A stretch of 59,849 nt of DNA. It comes from Armatimonadota bacterium. GTDB lineage: Bacteria; Armatimonadota; UBA5829; DTLH01. This document shows positions 56,442 through 59,849 of this stretch, in pieces. The stretch is taken from assembly GCA_039679675.1 (NCBI GenBank), contig JBDKUN010000010.1, positions 1-59,849 on the forward strand. Reading direction: 5' to 3'. The first letter of the stretch is position 1. The number at the start of each line of letters is the position of its first letter. Below the pieces are notes generated by a model. The model did not search any database. It was not told the origin of the DNA and was given only the letters and a program-made list of their open reading frames with translations. The position numbers were made by a program, and so were the translations under genes.

Positions 56442-57635
56442 ATGAATCTCGCGGAACGCTTTTCACGCTTGGGAACCGAGACTGCTTTCGCCGTATCAGC
56501 AGAAGCGGCTGCCCATGCTGCCAAAGGCAACACCGTTTATCCGTTCCATCTTGGGGATATGAATATTATCACTCCTCAGAATATTATGGACGCAGCTATA
56601 AAGGCAATGAAGGACGGAAAGACCGGCTATTGCCCCAACTGCGGCATAATGGAGCTGAGAGATGCTCTTGCAGAGGATATAAATAAATCTCACGGCACAT
56701 CCTACACAGCTGCAAACGTTGCGATTCAGCCCGGCGGCAAACCCGTCATCGGAAAGTTCATCCTTGCACTTATGAACCCCGGCGACGAAGTCCTTTATCC
56801 AAGTCCCGGCTACCCGATTTACGAGTCTCAGATCGAATTCCACGGCGGGAAGGCTGTACCTTATACATATAGCGAGGGAAAAGAAAATTTCGAGCTGGAT
56901 ATCGACAAAATGGAGCAATCGATCACTCCAAGGACGAAATTCCTCATATTCAACAACCTCCAGAACCCTACAGGAGCAGAATCATCGCCTGAGGAACTTG
57001 ATAGAATCGCAGAACTCGTCAGAAAACACAATCTTTTTGTACTTTGCGACGAGGCCTACTTCGATATGCGTTATGTGGGCAAATCACAGTCGCTCGTAAG
57101 CCTGCCCGGTATGGAAGACAGGTGTGTCATACTCTACACATTCTCCAAAAAGTTCGCCATGACCGGCTGGAGACTGGGCGCGGCCGTCGCACCTGAGCCT
57201 ATAGCTGATGCAATAGCAAAATTGAATGTAAATGACGAGTCCTGCTCCAACCATTTCATCCAGTATGCCGCTATCGAAGGGCTGAAGGGTGACCAGTCCG
57301 GCCCGAAGCATATTCTCTCAGTTCTTAAGGAAAGACGCGACAGAGCTGTCGAGCTATTGAACTCAATCGAAGGCGTAAGCTGCTACAGTCCGAACGCCAC
57401 GTTCTACCTTTTCCCGAACGTAACAAAAGCGATGCAAAACAAGGGCATCAAAGACTACAATGAGTTCCGCGTGAAGGTGCTTGAAGCCACTGGCGTATCA
57501 TTCTGCACAAGACTGCACTTCGGTCGCGCACTTCCGGGCGAAAAGGACTACTACGTGCGGTTGGCATACTCCGGCATAAACACCGATAAGATCGAAGAAG
57601 GACTTACGAAGCTGAAAGCCTACCTGGAGAGCTGA
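56442..57635 (+). CDS. PLP-dependent class I/II aminotransferase
   Basis: NPGDEV; NPTG; DEAY; SKKFAMTGWRLG. Confidence 0.93.
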   Translation: MNLAERFSRLGTETAFAVSAEAAAHAAKGNTVYPFHLGDMNIITPQNIMDAAIKAMKDGKTGYCPNCGIMELRDALAEDINKSHGTSYTAANVAIQPGGKPVIGKFILALMNPGDEVLYPSPGYPIYESQIEFHGGKAVPYTYSEGKENFELDIDKMEQSITPRTKFLIFNNLQNPTGAESSPEELDRIAELVRKHNLFVLCDEAYFDMRYVGKSQSLVSLPGMEDRCVILYTFSKKFAMTGWRLGAAVAPEPIADAIAKLNVNDESCSNHFIQYAAIEGLKGDQSGPKHILSVLKERRDRAVELLNSIEGVSCYSPNATFYLFPNVTKAMQNKGIKDYNEFRVKVLEATGVSFCTRLHFGRALPGEKDYYVRLAYSGINTDKIEEGLTKLKAYLES

Positions 57636-57669
57636 TTCCAGCGCAGTTCCAATCTTTGAGGAGCACTTA

Positions 57670-59658
57670 ATGGACACCATAACAAAAGATATTAACACTG
57701 ATGAAGTGACACGATTGGAAGGCATAGCGGCGGAGCTCCGCGCCTACAATCTTGCAGCTATATACGCGGCTAACAGTGGGCATCCCGGCGGCACGCTTTC
57801 CATAATGGACATTGTTGCCGTGCTCTATTTCCATGAGATAAAGCACGATCCGGGTAACTTCTGCATGCCTGACCGCGACAGAGTCTTCTGGTCAGCAGGG
57901 CACAAAGCCCCGGCGCTTTATTCTGCGCTTGCAATGGCCGGTTATATCACGCTTGAAGAAGCAATGTGCCTCAGGCAGCTTGGAAGCCCTACTCAGGGCC
58001 ACCCGAACTCACTTGAGTGCTGCGGTGTAGAGCTTTCCAGCGGATCGCTCGGCCAGGGACTCGGAGCTGCCGTAGGCTCAGCGCTTGCAGCCCGTATGGA
58101 CGGTTCCGATTACCGCGTCTACTGCATCATGGGCGACGGTGAGCAGCAGGAAGGCAGCGTCTGGGAAGCCGCAATGTCGGCCTCACAGTTCAAGCTGGAC
58201 AACCTCTGCGCTATTATCGACAGAAACAGGCTGCAGATCGACGGCTGGACCAAAGATGTCATGAACATCGAGCCGATAGCCGACAAATACCGCGATTTCG
58301 GCTGGCAGGTGATTGAGATCAACGGCCACGACATCGCTCAGATCATGGCAGCATTCGACGAGGCCAAGACTATCAAAGGCCAGCCGACCATGATCATCGC
58401 AGACACGATCAAAGGCAAGGGCGTCTCCTTCATGGAAGACCAGGCCGGATGGCATGGCGTTCCTCCGAAGAAAGAGCAGTTCGAGCAGGCGATCAAGGAA
58501 CTCCTTCCGCCCACGATCCCGATGCCCAAGCTGAATGAGCTTTTGGATTATGCTAAGAAATACGCTGCCGAGGCTAAAGCCAAAGCAGAGGCGTGTGTTC
58601 CTAAGTTCTCAAAGGACTACTGGTGGAACGCAGGCGACAAGATGAAGGCCGATATGGACCCGACAAGAATGGGGTTCGGCCGTGGTCTTGCAAGCTGCGG
58701 CGACGACAAGAGAGTCTGCACGCTTCATGCCGATATTTCCGGCTCTATCAGGATTTCCGCGTTCGAAGAGAAGAACCCTGAGCGAAAAGACCGCGTTTTC
58801 AGCGTCGGAATCGCCGAGCAGAATATGATGTCCGTCGCGGCAGGGCTTGCTAAAGAGGGCAAGATTCCGATTACCGGAACCTACGGTGTATTCGCAGCCG
58901 GTCGAGCATGGGATCAGATCAGAACAAGCATCTGCTACCCGAACCTGAACGTAAAGATCGCCGGAGCCCATGGTGGAATCTCTGTCGGACCTGACGGGGC
59001 TACTCACCAGGCGTTGGAAGAGATCAGCCTGATGTCAATTCTCCCGAATATGAATCTTGTAGTCCCGGCAGACAGCATCGAGTCCAAGAGAGCCACAGTA
59101 GCATCGATCCTGGACATCAAGGGGCCGGTCTACATGAGGTTCGCGAGGGAAGCTACCCCTGTCGTGACAACAAAGGACACTCCTTATGTTTACGGCAAGG
59201 CGAATGTCATCAGATACAGGGGCGTTGCGGACAAGTTCGCGGACGCTTTCGAGACGACTCTTGCATCGGAATACAAGAACGAGAACGAGCAGCTGACCAT
59301 TATTGCCTGCGGGCCTATGGTTCCTGAGGCGATGAGAGCGGCATATATTCTGAAAGAAGAGTTCGGTACCGAGACCCGTATTCTGAACATCCACACGGTA
59401 AAGCCTCTGGACCGCGAAGCGATAGCGAAAGCCGCATCGGAGACAGGCGCCGTGCTTACCGCTGAAGAACATCAAGTCGGCGGGTTCGGCAACATTATCG
59501 CCGGAGTCATCCTGGGCGACGTGAAGAAGCCGGTATCCTTCGGAATGATCGGAATCGAAGACAAGTTCGGCGAGTCCGGCCAGCCGTGGGAGCTTATGCA
59601 GGTCATGGGACTTACTGCCGAGCACCTGGCAAAGAAGGCACAGGAACTTCTGAAGTAG
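57670..59658 (+). CDS. tkt: Transketolase (N- and C-terminal modules in one chain)
   Basis: SGHPGG; GSLGQG; GDGEQQEG; GIAEQNM; GPDGATHQ. Confidence 0.93.
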   Translation: MDTITKDINTDEVTRLEGIAAELRAYNLAAIYAANSGHPGGTLSIMDIVAVLYFHEIKHDPGNFCMPDRDRVFWSAGHKAPALYSALAMAGYITLEEAMCLRQLGSPTQGHPNSLECCGVELSSGSLGQGLGAAVGSALAARMDGSDYRVYCIMGDGEQQEGSVWEAAMSASQFKLDNLCAIIDRNRLQIDGWTKDVMNIEPIADKYRDFGWQVIEINGHDIAQIMAAFDEAKTIKGQPTMIIADTIKGKGVSFMEDQAGWHGVPPKKEQFEQAIKELLPPTIPMPKLNELLDYAKKYAAEAKAKAEACVPKFSKDYWWNAGDKMKADMDPTRMGFGRGLASCGDDKRVCTLHADISGSIRISAFEEKNPERKDRVFSVGIAEQNMMSVAAGLAKEGKIPITGTYGVFAAGRAWDQIRTSICYPNLNVKIAGAHGGISVGPDGATHQALEEISLMSILPNMNLVVPADSIESKRATVASILDIKGPVYMRFAREATPVVTTKDTPYVYGKANVIRYRGVADKFADAFETTLASEYKNENEQLTIIACGPMVPEAMRAAYILKEEFGTETRILNIHTVKPLDREAIAKAASETGAVLTAEEHQVGGFGNIIAGVILGDVKKPVSFGMIGIEDKFGESGQPWELMQVMGLTAEHLAKKAQELLK

Positions 59659-59700
59659 GATCGAGGCTGCAGGATCCGGGATTTAGGGGGTGGAGAATCG

Positions 59701-59727
59701 TGCTTCGGGACGAAATGCGGTCCCGAA
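59701..59727. repeat. Family A palindrome truncated by IS insertion
   Basis: tgcttcgggac...gtcccgaa lacking the terminal gca. Confidence 0.8.
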
Positions 59728-59849
59728 TTATCATGAAGAAATGGCTTGCCTCATCTGTGTTTATAGGCGATCATAGTCGCAGTTAAAAAAGACACAGAAA
59801 TAGGAGGTCAAGCCAGATATGTTATACATCGGACTGGATGTGCATTGCA
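59728..59849 (+). mobile_element. Left end of an IS110-family insertion sequence (runs off window)
   Basis: Begins where the palindrome breaks; about 90-nt noncoding end, then transposase start. Confidence 0.75.
59819..59849 (+). CDS. IS110-family DEDD transposase/recombinase, first 10 codons
   Basis: MLYIGLDVHC fits the IS110 N-terminal YIGLDVH motif; RBS AGGAGG. Confidence 0.75.
   Translation, partial: MLYIGLDVHC

Noticed and set aside
59586..59786. 66-aa ORF after tkt
   Set aside because: Overlaps the tkt end, the REP and the IS end; no coding signal

Overview
Bacterial chromosomal window. The gene mix loosely suggests Armatimonadota or a related lineage (inference only). Contents in order: (1) 0.1-18.1 kb, a minus-strand flagellar operon in Firmicutes-like order (flgB to fliR), preceded by sigma54 promoters. 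(2) A putative glycosidase-fold gene. (3) A palindrome-delimited block carrying an internally deleted RAYT-like transposase and cargo genes. (4) rpoN with two-component and enhancer-binding regulators. (5) Three AT-richer orphan genes resembling toxin-immunity proteins, each followed by a REP-family hairpin. (6) TM1266-family regulator plus hydG behind a structured leader ending in a terminator (candidate new riboswitch or attenuator). (7) nurA-herA, a Co/Ni ECF transporter, ccmABCDEF (CxxxY-type CcmE), a CBS protein with an NRAMP-family transporter, pilT, a sigma54-driven PEP-CTERM gene, an aminotransferase and a transketolase. (8) At the right edge, the left end of an IS110-family element that interrupts a REP palindrome. 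Several small palindromic repeat families recur and nest inside each other. No CRISPR array, rRNA or tRNA was recognised. All family calls come from motif recognition by eye; no database search was run.
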